Assembly (NCBI GenBank): GCA_943704425.1
Contig: CALSCP010002457.1
Span: 1-64,000 of the forward strand
DNA length: 64,000 nucleotides
Source of the DNA: Ministeria vibrans ATCC 50519
Taxonomy: Eukaryota; Protista; Filasterea
Direction of reading: 5' to 3'
In this document: in pieces, positions 49,301 through 61,029 of the stretch
Layout of the letters: each line of letters begins with the position of its first letter
How positions within the stretch are numbered: position 1 is the first letter of the stretch
Notes under the pieces: generated by a model
Database searches by the model: none
What the model was told of the DNA's origin: nothing
Seen by the model: the letters and a program-made list of their open reading frames with translations, nothing else
Translations under genes and position numbers: made by a program

Positions 49301-52300
49301 GGCAAAGCTGAAGTTCGCCCAGATGTCCCGTGTACACATAGATGGAACCGCCCGTCGACGCCACCAACTCGGCCACGAGCGCCGCGTCCGATATGTTGGT
49401 GGGCGCAAAGTCAGGCAGCTCATCTTGAATGTCCGCTGCAAACCGGAGCAGAATCATAAGGTACACCTCCTCGAGCGACACCACCAGATTGGTCGGGAGT
49501 ATCACACGAAAATCGTCCACTGCCGCAATCTCCGTGCCCATCGACGTGATCACACCGTCCTCGCCAACATCCCGCGACGTCGGCACTGCCATGCTCAAAT
49601 ACACCTCGAGGAACTTGCACTTGCCCTCCACGGCCTCCTCGCCGCCACGGCTGTCGCTCATTGTCCGCTTCTTGGGTGCGCCTGCCGACACAACAATGGG
49701 GAAGGGTGTGTCCGCTTCGGTGACATTGTCTACCTGCAGTCGATCGATGATAAGCGACAATGTCGTCTTGGGCAATAGATCCGCCGAGATATTCACGTCG
49801 GTGAGACACGCATAAAGAATTTCGCGATTGCACTTGTCAATGGCACTAAAGCCAACACCCACGACGCGTAAATCAAATCCCCACGACCACACATTGGCCT
49901 TCTGCTTTCGCTTCAACGCCCGTGCTCGCAGTCGACTCTCCTTGCGTTCACGCGCCAGCGACACATTGCCACCAACGGAAAATCGCTCGGCATCCTCATT
50001 TTCGTTGTCGTCAGAGGAATCTTCAGAGTCGTCCTTGTCGTCGTTCTCGTCCTCTTCTTCTTCTTCTTCTTCTTCTTCTTCTTCTTCTTCTTCTTCTTCT
50101 TCTTCTTCTTCTTCTTCTTCTCCTTCCTCGTCGGCTCCCCCGTCCAACATTTCGTACGAGTTAAAAAGCGCGCTCCGTCCACCATCGTCACGAATCACAA
50201 CGCACCGAGTAAAGCCCTCAGGCTCGACCGACACGCTCAACAGACCCGAGCCGGGCAACACTTGTTGCACGTCAAAGTATTGGTGTTCATGTTTGCGTGC
50301 TCGCCCTGACTTCATCACAATCTGCGGTTCCTTCGATATCTTGCCACTCATGTCCACCGTCAACAGCCTGTCGGGGTAGGCCTCCACCGACACACGTCCA
50401 TTTGAGATTGTCCATCGTTCGCGAGCCCCATCGACGCGGTCGTTGCGCTCTCGCAGCACCAGTTTACCTCCAACCTTGCCCGCATCGCTTGGCACGTAGC
50501 ACAGAATGCGCTCACTGCCACGATGACGCAAGCGACAGTCGGCCGTCAGTTGCCATTGTTGCCAGGCGCGTTCGGGCGCACTCGCGTACGGCTCGTCAAC
50601 GGTGATCGTTCGTCGTCGAGCGCTCACTCGCTCGCCCTTGGCGTTGCTCAGCAACACCGTCGTCGTATGGTCTGCCTGTTTCACCGAGAGAAGCTGTTGC
50701 TTAGAGCCGCCGCGTAAAGCCAGCGAGAACCACACGGCATACTCAAGGGTGTATAGTTTGTGTTTCGTGCCCAAATCAATGTCCTCGGGCGGATCCATGA
50801 ACACGCTCGACTGCGCCGACTGGGTTCCCACGCGCACAAGACGGTGAGGTGGTGGCGCCAGGGAAAACGTTTGACACGTGACGCTTGAGCGCGGCGCAAG
50901 CTCAATGCATTCGTAGTTGCCCTTGCCACGGACACGGACGGCGGTGAGTACCAACTCCGGGTCGATCAGGCTGCACAAGTGACCTCCCGAAAACATCCAC
51001 TGCTGGTGGTAGGCCGAGCTGGAGACGGGTGCGCGTGCAATCACCGGCAATCCCACCTGTGGCTTGCCCGTGCCCGCAATGTCAATCACCAGGTTCTCGG
51101 CCATGTTCGCGATGCGCCCGTCCGACGTGAAGCGCCAGAGCTGTCGTCGACCGTGCATCCCGTGCGTCTTCTTGGGCACCAACGACAAGCGGTCGTAGCG
51201 TTTCTCCTTCAAACGCATGTAAAAGCCCTTGCGGTGCGGTTCATCGTACTTGCGCGTGCCTACACGACGCCCCGTGTAGTCCACGGCAAGCACACCGCGC
51301 CCCACCATCTCAATGTAAAAAAAGTCCGAATTGTCCACGAGGCGATCGCCACTATCGGCAATGGCACTCGCCACAGCCGGCTCGCGATCGCCCGAGTACA
51401 CATAGGGATCAACCACGACCGAAATGACCTCGCCTCTCGCGGCTGTCGTCTGATCAATCACAAAGGGAGTAGACGAGCCAGGACTCACGCGGATGAGATC
51501 TCTCAAGGCACCCGACTCGGACCTGGTGCTGGCGCGACGCGTTGCCGCCTCATCAGTCGCGTTGGTCTCGTTGGTGTGTCGCAACTGCTCATCAACCTCG
51601 TGCTCCTGTTCGTCAAGTAGTCGGTCAAAGTTTGGCAGCGTGCGCTGTCGAAAGAGCACTGGCACAAACGACTTGTTGATAAGACGGAATGCGGGTGCAC
51701 CCGTGTTGGAGCGCACAATGACGTACAACGCGGTGTCGCGACGACGAAACTCCACATTGAAGTGCAAAGGACTCGCGTGAGAGTCTCTGCCAGTGGCGGT
51801 CGCCCTCACTCGCATTTCAATCACGGTCGTGCCCAATGAATTCGCTTGTGGCTCGATAGGCGTCGACCAGTCGTAGCGCTCGTCAATTTTTCCTGTTTCA
51901 GGGTTGATTTTGATCATTTGTAATGTTGCACGATGACCCGACATGAAATAGAAGGGATGCAGGCGACCGTTGGGCAGCTCAAGTACAGTCGACTCAACCA
52001 ACGATGAGTCACTCTCGCAAGTCGACTCGTCACCGACAATCGCCCTTCCCGTCACTGACGACGGCCGCGACACGCACTGACCCAGACGAATGGCACTGCC
52101 TGACAGGTTGCACACCATGAGCGATGGATCGACGCGTAAATGAGTGGTGCGATTCGACGCGGACTGGTGGGTCGCGACCACTGTGAGTTGACGCACCAGC
52201 GAGTTGTGGCTCTTGAACACCATGACTTGAAGCGGGAAGAGGCTGCCCACGCTAATCTTAGACGACCACTGGATAGGCACAGGCTCACCATTGCTCAGAC

Positions 52301-55300
52301 GTGCGTTGGTTTTCTCGCCGAGAGACAGCGTAGGTCGACTGCGTGCCCCGTCAAACATGATGATTTCCTCTTCCTCGTTCGCGGACGCCATGCGCACACC
52401 GTGTGGAAAGGCAATGGAGTGAATTCCGTCGTTGCTGACGGCCAGAGGCAATCGCGTGCGGTTGTGAATGATAAAGGGCACATGGAAGCTGATTTCGCGC
52501 GCCTGGCATGTCTCGAGCGAGCGCGTGTTCATGTGCGTCGCCACCACAGTGATGTTGAGCTTTCGCGATTGCTCGTCGCACACCTCAAACAGAGGATTAT
52601 TCACATGGCCACCAATGGTGATAACCGCCTCGTCTGGCAGCTGCGAGTTGAGCACAGGGGGAAAGGACACGGTCACGCCGCTGTCGGGCTGCACACCTTC
52701 ACTGCTCGCAAAAAAGCCTTCAATGTGCACGTGGAGATCGACGTCAAGTGTGTTGCAATGCGCCAAGTGGTACACCGGCACGCGCGAATTGGGGGCGACC
52801 CGACCGCGTCGGTCACCCACAGTAATGTCAATGTTGCATGGCAAATCGTTGACGATGCAGAGCGGTGGAAGAACGGTGAAAATGTGCGACGCGTGCGTCG
52901 CTTGCACATTCGGGTAGGCTCCCGCGTCAACCTGTACCTCCATGTAAAAGCGCTCGGTGACATCGTCGTCAACGTGCGGACTTGCTGCAGGCAGTGTAAA
53001 GCGCGTCGGCATACCGCCCGTCTGCGGGAACGCCTCCCACGCAAAGATGGCGTCGCTGGGCCTCCAGCAGAACGAGTCCTGCATGTCCTCGCCCACAACG
53101 CCCGAGCGCATGCTGTACAAGTCTGCATCCATACTGCCACTGTACGCTCCGTCAACAATGCTGTTGCACAGCGTGTCGCTGACATTGGCGAGCGGCTTGA
53201 TGCGAAATGGGATACGCTGGTTGCGCACTGGGATGCCCACGGTCTTGCCCGCCGGAACAATCACAACGCGCTCGTCAATAACCGAAGTCATGTTCCGGTC
53301 CGCCGCCGCTTCTTGGTCAAAAAGCACAAACTCCCCCAAGTCATCATCAACTTTGCCTGCTTGCTGCGACTTAGCAACCGCACTCATCTCCTCAATGCGC
53401 TTGCGGGCCTGCGGCCACACGACGACCTGAATGGGAACACTCAGCTGATTGCACACTTGTACCGGCGACAGCACTTCGACGAGGCGGTAGGCACCGCGTA
53501 GCTTCACATTGACAATGATGATAAGGGCATCGTCAGGATCGTCAATGAGAATGGGTCGCAGCGGTGGCGTGTGTGGCGTGCTGTCATCAGCACGCAGCAA
53601 AACGGCGTGCGTGCGCTCCTTGATGTCAAGCGCCGGTGAGGGCGCATAGCCGGCAACGTTCAGAACCAACAGAGTGTCCGTCTCGCACGCCATGTCACGC
53701 ACACTCTGGCTTGGAAAACGAAAGCCAACAGTCTGGCCAGCCTCGACAGATTTGAGTCTACTCTGACGGCTCTTGTTGTTGTTGCTGTTGTTGTTGTTTT
53801 TGCTGTTGCTTACAGCGGCAAACTGCATCTTCATGTCAGTCCCATTGTAGAGACGATATGGATGAAACTTAGAGCGTGTCGCGCCAATGACGCCTGTGCT
53901 GCTCTGTAGCTCGGTGGCGGTCATCGAGTAGACTGACTCGGTGGTGCTGCTGTGCTCGCGCTGAAGTTGCTTTTTTTGTTGTTGTTGAAGCACGTCGCGC
54001 TCAAAATTGAGCTCCAGGTAGCGCTGAATGGCTGGCAGGGTCTGCGTGATCATAGTGTGGGTGAGATTGATTTCAATACGTCTGGCAATGTGTGCCTCGA
54101 AGCGTCGCCCAATGGCGGGGTCGCGGATGAAGCCGATAGAGAACGACTCGACAAGAGGTTCCCAACTGAGTAGGGCACCATTCCAATTGTCTAGCATGCA
54201 CTGCGCGATACCCTCGATGTACAAACGGGGCTGAGACCACTGCCTAAGGGTGAGATTGCTCTCGATACCCAAACGCAGCAGTGGCACGTCCATAAAAAGG
54301 GATGTGTCATCAACAAGGGTCACGGAGATCTTTTCAAGCTGCAAAGCAAGGTGCTCCTCGATGAGCACTTGTCTGCGTGAATCTTTTTTGCGACTGCGGC
54401 GTGTAGAAGAGTGTGACGGTAATGATGATGATGATGATGACGGCACCATCGACGAGAGTGTGTCGCGGTCGGTAAAGGCGGTCGTGGAGAAAGGCAAAGA
54501 CGACGGGTCCATGTGATCGTCGACGGTGTCGTCTACGGCAAGATCCAGGCTACGATGATCGCGGGCACGCGGAAGACCGGTGGGCAGAATCGAGTTAGTG
54601 GTGAGGGTCCCCGCAGCGTCAAAAACGCCTGAAGAGACAGCAACACCGGTTGCGCCCCCGCCACCCATGTATCCACCTTCTTCTGCCGTTGTTGCTGCTC
54701 CACGTCCCTCTCTCTCCCCTCGTCCAAGAGCATCAAGCGAATGGGCGCGCTTGTCCTTGCTCGCACCCAGATTGGTTTCAAGCGAGGCAAGCGAGTCTGT
54801 GTCGCTGTCTCGGTTGTCCATGGCAAGTTCGTCCCTGACTTGCTCGGGGACTTGCAGAAGGTTGGTAATGATGCGAGCGAGCGCACCCGTGTCAATGCTC
54901 GACAGTTGAAATTCGAGTGGAAACGAGCGAGCGCCCACCACGGTCTTGATGGAGTGCAAACGCGCAGGAGCACCCGGAGCAGACTCGTCGGGAAGCCACT
55001 TGTGGGTGATATTAAAGTGAGCGGTGAACGAGAAGGGCGCGTCGGTGATGACACGGTGTTGGTCCGGCAGAAGTATGGAGTCGAGGTGCGCAAAGAACAA
55101 AGCCCCACCCTTGAGGTTACACGCGCATTGGACTGTGTTAGATTCGAGGGTAGAGGTCGTGCTGCTGTAGTCACAACTGAATGCCACTGGCGACTCAGCG
55201 CAGTTGTCGCGGCTTTTGTTGTCGTTGTTGTTGTTGGAGTTGCCATCGTCAACTTGAAAGCGTACTCCAAACACAGTACCTGGAAGATGTTGCAACCATG

Positions 55301-58300
55301 TGTCGGCCGTGAGGACGTGCAAGTCAATCACTGTGAGTGAAACGGACGTGTAAATGGAGGTAAGGGGGGCGCTTGGCTCATCTTCCGACGATGGGTGCTT
55401 GGCCACGTTGGTTGCTGCCGTCGTGGACAACGATGCGACAGACGACGCCCCAGTCGCTGCGGTAAGTGACGCGTGGGTGCCATAAGCACGTGTGGTGAAT
55501 GTAGGGCGGAGAGTGTTCTCAGGAGGAGAGCGCATGAGGAAAACTAGGGTACGAGCAACGAAACGATCACGGAAAAACAATGTCACCGAGCCCCAACGAA
55601 TCACAAAGCGGTTCGCGGCGTCATTCGAGTCGAGAGTCGCAAAGAAAGCCATTGGAGCAGTGGTGTTGTTGGAGGAAGACGCCAACGTGGGTGCGCAGAT
55701 GGAGAGGAATGGGGCGTTGTCGGTATCGTCGTTCTCGTCGTTAGCACCTTTGTCATCAAACGATGCAGCCGGAGTGGACAGGTCATAGATTGAAATGGAC
55801 GCCAGTGATACGCTCGCCGAAAGACCTCGCTCGGCCGAAGACGCTGCCTTGAGGTGAACCTGTGAGGTACAAAGGCGAGCAAAGCGACCTTGTGTGTCCT
55901 CGAGTGAGACGAGCACCTCCTCAACATGGAAATCTTCCAGAACAAATGAAAGGAGATCGCTGGTCGCTGACGTTGGAGTAGGCATGGGGGTAGCGGCAAC
56001 GGAGACTGAAATAGCGCCAAGCTCGGCCTGAGATGCAACAATGAGGGAGCGAACACACGCGAGAGCTGGTGGAGACGTCATGGCAATGTTGTCACGGAGA
56101 AGCGCCATCGAGAGCAAATAATCATCCTCGGTCAATTCGAGTGATAGGCGTTCGATGCGCCCAGAGGCTGTGATCAAGGTCGCTGGAGCGTTGGAGGTGG
56201 CCGCTGAGACAAAGAAGGAGGGTATAATAGCGGTCGCCTGAGTGTCGGAGAGTGTGACAAAATTGGCAAATTGTTTGCGCTCTGCGATGTGGTTGCCATC
56301 AATGCAAAACACACGCGCGCCTGACAGGGTTACAGTGCTCGTGTGGCTCTCTCGGGTTGTCGAGGCAACCGTGACGCTGAGCGAGCCGGGCAGGAGACAG
56401 ACTTCGCTAGTGTCCTCGTGCCACGGGGCGACGGGCACGACAATGACGGGAGTCTCAATGCAAATGTTGGCGGAGAGACGGTAAAAGGGTCGCTCTGACG
56501 ATGAGGATGTGCTTGATGTGGCAGTGGTAGGCACTGACGATGCCGACGGCGATATCGACGACACGTGGACCGTTGATTTTGTAGCGACTGTCGATTGAAT
56601 GGCTGTTGATGCGCTGAAAAGAACGAAGTATTCGGCGAGCATCAATGCAACGGCCTGCACGTGAGTGTAGCGCAGCGCCCGAACCGTCAGCTGAATGGCA
56701 AGGTCGTGGAGCACGGGCACGTCTGATTCGGCAATGGGCGATGGAATGTCACAAAAGTCAACGGAGAGATGGAGAGCTCTGTCCGAGTCGGAGGAAACAG
56801 CCACCTCGGCATCATTTTTGGAGGAGAGATGATGAATGTCGATGGGCCACACAAGCAAATCCTGTTTAAAATTGTGCACAGCAAGTCGCAGAGTGTGACA
56901 TACCAGCTGGCACTGAACGCGTTCGGGTAGAAGACGCAACGCGAGGGTGGCGGCGCCTGTGTCGAGCGAGGCAAACAACTCGGAGGAGATCGATGCGGAA
57001 CCGCGTGCGTTGGGAGTCTCTGCAGGCTGGTAGGCGGTCACTTTGAGACCGGCAAGGTTCACTTGAAGTTGCACGCACTCGTTAAAAGAGCGACGTTGTG
57101 TCGCCGTTGTTGTTCCCATTGGCATTGGTGTTGATTCGATGAGCAAGGCGCGTGCGCGTCGCGCGCGTGCGGGTGATAATGGCAAAATCGGAGCAATGTC
57201 GAGGGGTGCGGCAACTGTCTGCGCACGACGACTCTCAATGTGGTCCGAGACGCTGCGCGAGGCGGCTAGCAAGACTTGCATTTGACGAACAACGACAAAA
57301 GGATGAATGGAGATGTGACAAAGAGCTGTGTCAATGACAATGCGAGTGGCAAACTGCTCGCCTTCGACGTAGCCATGCTGCTGCTCGACAACGAGACGCA
57401 CCAAAGGCTGTTGGTCGCGGGAGTCGCTGGAAAAGAGAGCGTACGAGTCGTCCATGAGCAACTGTGTTCTGCCAATGCAGAGCAATACAGAGCGTTCTTC
57501 GTTCTTCAGGGTGACACTTGAGTCAAAGCCCGCACACTGGAGACGCACAGCACGCCCTTGAGCCATGAGATTGAACGCACAGGGTTCGGCGTGCACAACC
57601 ACACGGACAGCGGTAGGAAGAAACTCAAGCGCGTCCTCAAAGACATCGTCGTCGTCGTCCATGTCAATGTCGTCCATCTCGTCGTTGTCGGAGGCGATCG
57701 GTCGCGTGGCAAGCGAGGAAGCAATCCAGGCGGCTGTTTGAGGAGCGACAACACTTGACAAAGGCTGAGATGGTAAAAATGGTGGCAGGTCTGATGGTGT
57801 GGTGGGTGTTGCTGGTAGGGCTGTGGGCTGCGATGGTGGTAATGCAGATGGAGCAAGGACAATGTCAGGCACACAGTCGACGATGTAGGAGGCGTGAGCC
57901 ATGTCGAGAGTCACAGACGACTGGTTAATGTGCACTTTCACGTCAATGTTAGACTGTGCATTGGGGCTGGTGGCAACGTCGACACGCGTGTACATGGACA
58001 TGGAGTCGAGGAGTGGGAAGGTAGTGTTGTTGTTGCCGTCATCATTGCTGTTGTGGCACAGGTCAAAACGCGCGTCGGAGAGCGAAATAAAGTAAGAGTC
58101 GACGAGTGGATCAACACAGGCGAATATGGTGATGGACTCGTCGCGGCCCTTTACGGCACTGTTACTGATGTTGTTGCAGTTGTCACTCCACGTACAGTGA
58201 ATGTGACCGGCGTTAGCAATGATTTGTGAGCGACCGTCGGCGCTTGGCAGTACAATGGTGGGAGTTGCAATGGCAGCAAAGACGGCGACGCGCATGGGAA

Positions 58301-60214
58301 GGGCAGGAGAAGAGTTTCGAGTGAGAGGGACAACTGTAGAGGGGACTGCTGAAGCAACTGGTTGCTGCGATGAGGCGAGGGCCGGCATGAAATGGTTGAG
58401 TAAGAGCGCGAGAAAAGCGTCGCTGTACACAAGACGTGACGAGAGGACGTCAATGTCAAGTTGAGGAACGCCAGGGTGATCGACTGGATTGGTGTCAACC
58501 TGGATGTAGATGAGACGCGGATCGCCGTCGTCGTCGTGTTGATCGCATGCAAACACAGGGTGCGTCGCAGGTTCAGCGTGCTCCTCTCCTCTTGATGGGC
58601 GTACAACATGCGATACGATAAGATTGTGGAGAGAGAAGCAAGCGGCGGTGGCGGATGGAGACTCGCGGAGACGCGCAGAGCAGGCGAGGCGGGAAACTTC
58701 GGCAATAATAGACTGGCCAAGCGAAGGAGCATTAAAGTGGAAAGCAACCGAGGGTAGTTGCAGAGCAAGGGTGATTGTCGCGTAGTGAGGGTCGTGCTGA
58801 GGTTCGCCTTCAAGAATATCTCCTTCCTGTTCTGCTTCGTGCAGGAGCTGCACCTCAGACTCGATGGTCTCCAGAAGTTCGCGTTCAACGTCGGGCTCGG
58901 TTGTGGTCCAGGACGAAAACCACGACGAGACATTAACGTAAGCAGAGGAAAGGACCGACGATGATGAAGACGCAGCAGCAGCAGCAGCAGCAGCGGCGGC
59001 GGCAGCAGCGGCGGCATTCGAGGTGGAGGAGGAACGCTGGTGCTCCTTGACTTTTGCGCGTGCCTCGCGACGAAACGCAACAATGTCGCTTGACGTTAGG
59101 GCGTCGGCAAGCTCGATGCGCTCAAGTTGACGGAGAGTCTCAACCGGAGGGGGCTGCTTGGACGCGTAAGATGGAAAGCGAGACATGTAGAGTGGAATGT
59201 ATTCGACGCGTAGGGTCGCGAGGGTGTCGGGCGAGAGAGGAGCGCGCGCGTCGCTTTGCGCCTTGAGACGTTTCTGAAGTTGATGCTGTTGTGCAGAAAA
59301 GGCGTCGGTAAACGACACGAGAAGCGCGAGAGAGTCAGGGCAGGTATTGAGCGTGACCGGTGATATGGTGCAGTCGAGTGACACTTGGGGGTCGCCCGAG
59401 GCGGCCGCTGTGTGTTTGTCGAGTCGCATTCGCAGGTCCACTGTCGCCTTGACATTATCGACGAGAGCCACTTGACCGAGATGAATGGCAAGCGTATCAA
59501 GGAGGAGTTGTTTGTGCGAGGGTGTGGAGGACGAGGTGGTGGACGGCGACGCAGCGGAGGGTTTTGCCGCGCTGTGGGCGTTTCCAACGTGCAGTTGCTT
59601 GAGCGAGACGCTGATGCAGTCGGCGTCGCTTTCGCCATGCAAACGGAGCACGACACGGTCGACTACCACGGAGAGACCGCGGACAACACGAGCAATGATG
59701 CCATTCTTTGCGCTGAGGCCGATGGAGCTGAGCCAGCCGGCGTGAGGAGCAGCGGGGGCCCGCGGAGCGGGAGAAAGCGCTTCGATGAGCGACTCCTTCA
59801 CGAGGCGCTCGCACTGGACGACATCAAACGCGTCCGCATCTTGCAGGCGGACGTCGGCGTGGACGTCGGTGACGACGACGCGGCACAGAATCTCGCTGGA
59901 GCGCCATTCGAGAGCAACTTCAACTTTGGCAGCGCGAAGACTGTCGACGACGAGCGGAAACGACGCAGGGAGCACCGGGTCCACAAGGAACTCCGCGTCG
60001 GTCAGCACAACGTGGACTGTCAAAACAGCGGCGGTGGGAGGGAGGAGGAGAGAATGAGAGAGAGGAGGCGGAAAATGTTATTTTGTTTCGCTTTTTCTTT
60101 TTTTTCGTTCGTTGTACCTTTCGACAGTGAGAAATCGGATTGCTTGTCGGCGCATGATTTCAGGTAGTCTTTGAGTTTGTTGTCAATGAACAGCTGGAAC
60201 AATCTTTGCATCAT
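43326..60214 (-). CDS. VPS13D: VPS13D-like bridge-like lipid-transfer protein (~5600 aa) with a C-terminal extension of tandem tectonin-like beta-propellers; exon 1 60214-60118, exon 2 60016-43326
   Basis: Chorein-N start (LFIDNKLKDYL...). FFAT-like DDDDDVFEDALE. DNWNGALLSWEPLVE. VAB repeats (PYRLYNGT, SPVQVCNQL, PPLCIVNDLP, VPFIIHNRTRLPL, FRLINKS). Ricin QxW repeats. VPS13D-like PGSGLLSVSVEPEGFTRCVVIRD. APT1 region (GFSAID..REILY, LQVDN), ATG2_C-like helices and a PH-like region (VRLPRVV). Confidence 0.88.
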
Positions 60215-60518
60215 CGTAAAATAAATCAATCAAGAACTGGAAAGACGACACAGCTGGAAAGCAGCACAATGCTACTGCCGTCGACCAGAGACACAGAATG
60301 AGATGAACGCAGAAGGAAGCGAAAGAACAAACAAATAAACGCACTATTACTAATATGACTTAATGTGTGAATCAATGAGTATCTCGAAATCTCTGGAGAG
60401 TCACAGACGCGACTCACACCGAGTCAGTAGTCACGCCGAGCATTCTTCTTCTGTCGTCTGCCTCTCTTTGCCTGCTTTTGTCGTTGCGTAGTGTACCTGT
60501 GACTCGTCCCGTGCTCCA

Positions 60519-60934
60519 ATGAGTCGCGAGGCAGCGACAGAGACTGACGCATCGGCGCGATCGTCATCCCAGAAAAAGTCCAAACTCCGAACGTTAGGCG
60601 TGCAGTTTGTGCGCGCTTCCAAACCCGGCGGGGCAAGTGCTGGTAGTCGACTCATGCTGAAACAACTCGTCGAAATGGCCGAGTAACGACCCAGAATGGA
60701 CCTGAAAGGTTTTTAAGATCTAAAAATTGGTGTTTTCTCTTCCTCTCCAGGGCCTCTCTGGAGAAAGCCAACCGCCGGCCGAACACTCGGCCGGAAGAAG
60801 CGCTACAGTTTGCAGAGGGGATGCTTGACGAGAATTTCGAGTGCATCCAGGACATGCCTGAGCCCATTCGTCAGCTTGCCAGCGTCAAGTTCATCTACGA
60901 AGGTGTTGCGATTGTCATGTTGCCTATCACGATT

Positions 60935-61029
<95 letters not shown>

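Noticed and set aside
52140-53501. 453-aa plus-strand ORF and other antisense ORFs over VPS13
   Set aside because: Shadow ORFs opposite a GC-rich coding strand, with no recognisable motifs.
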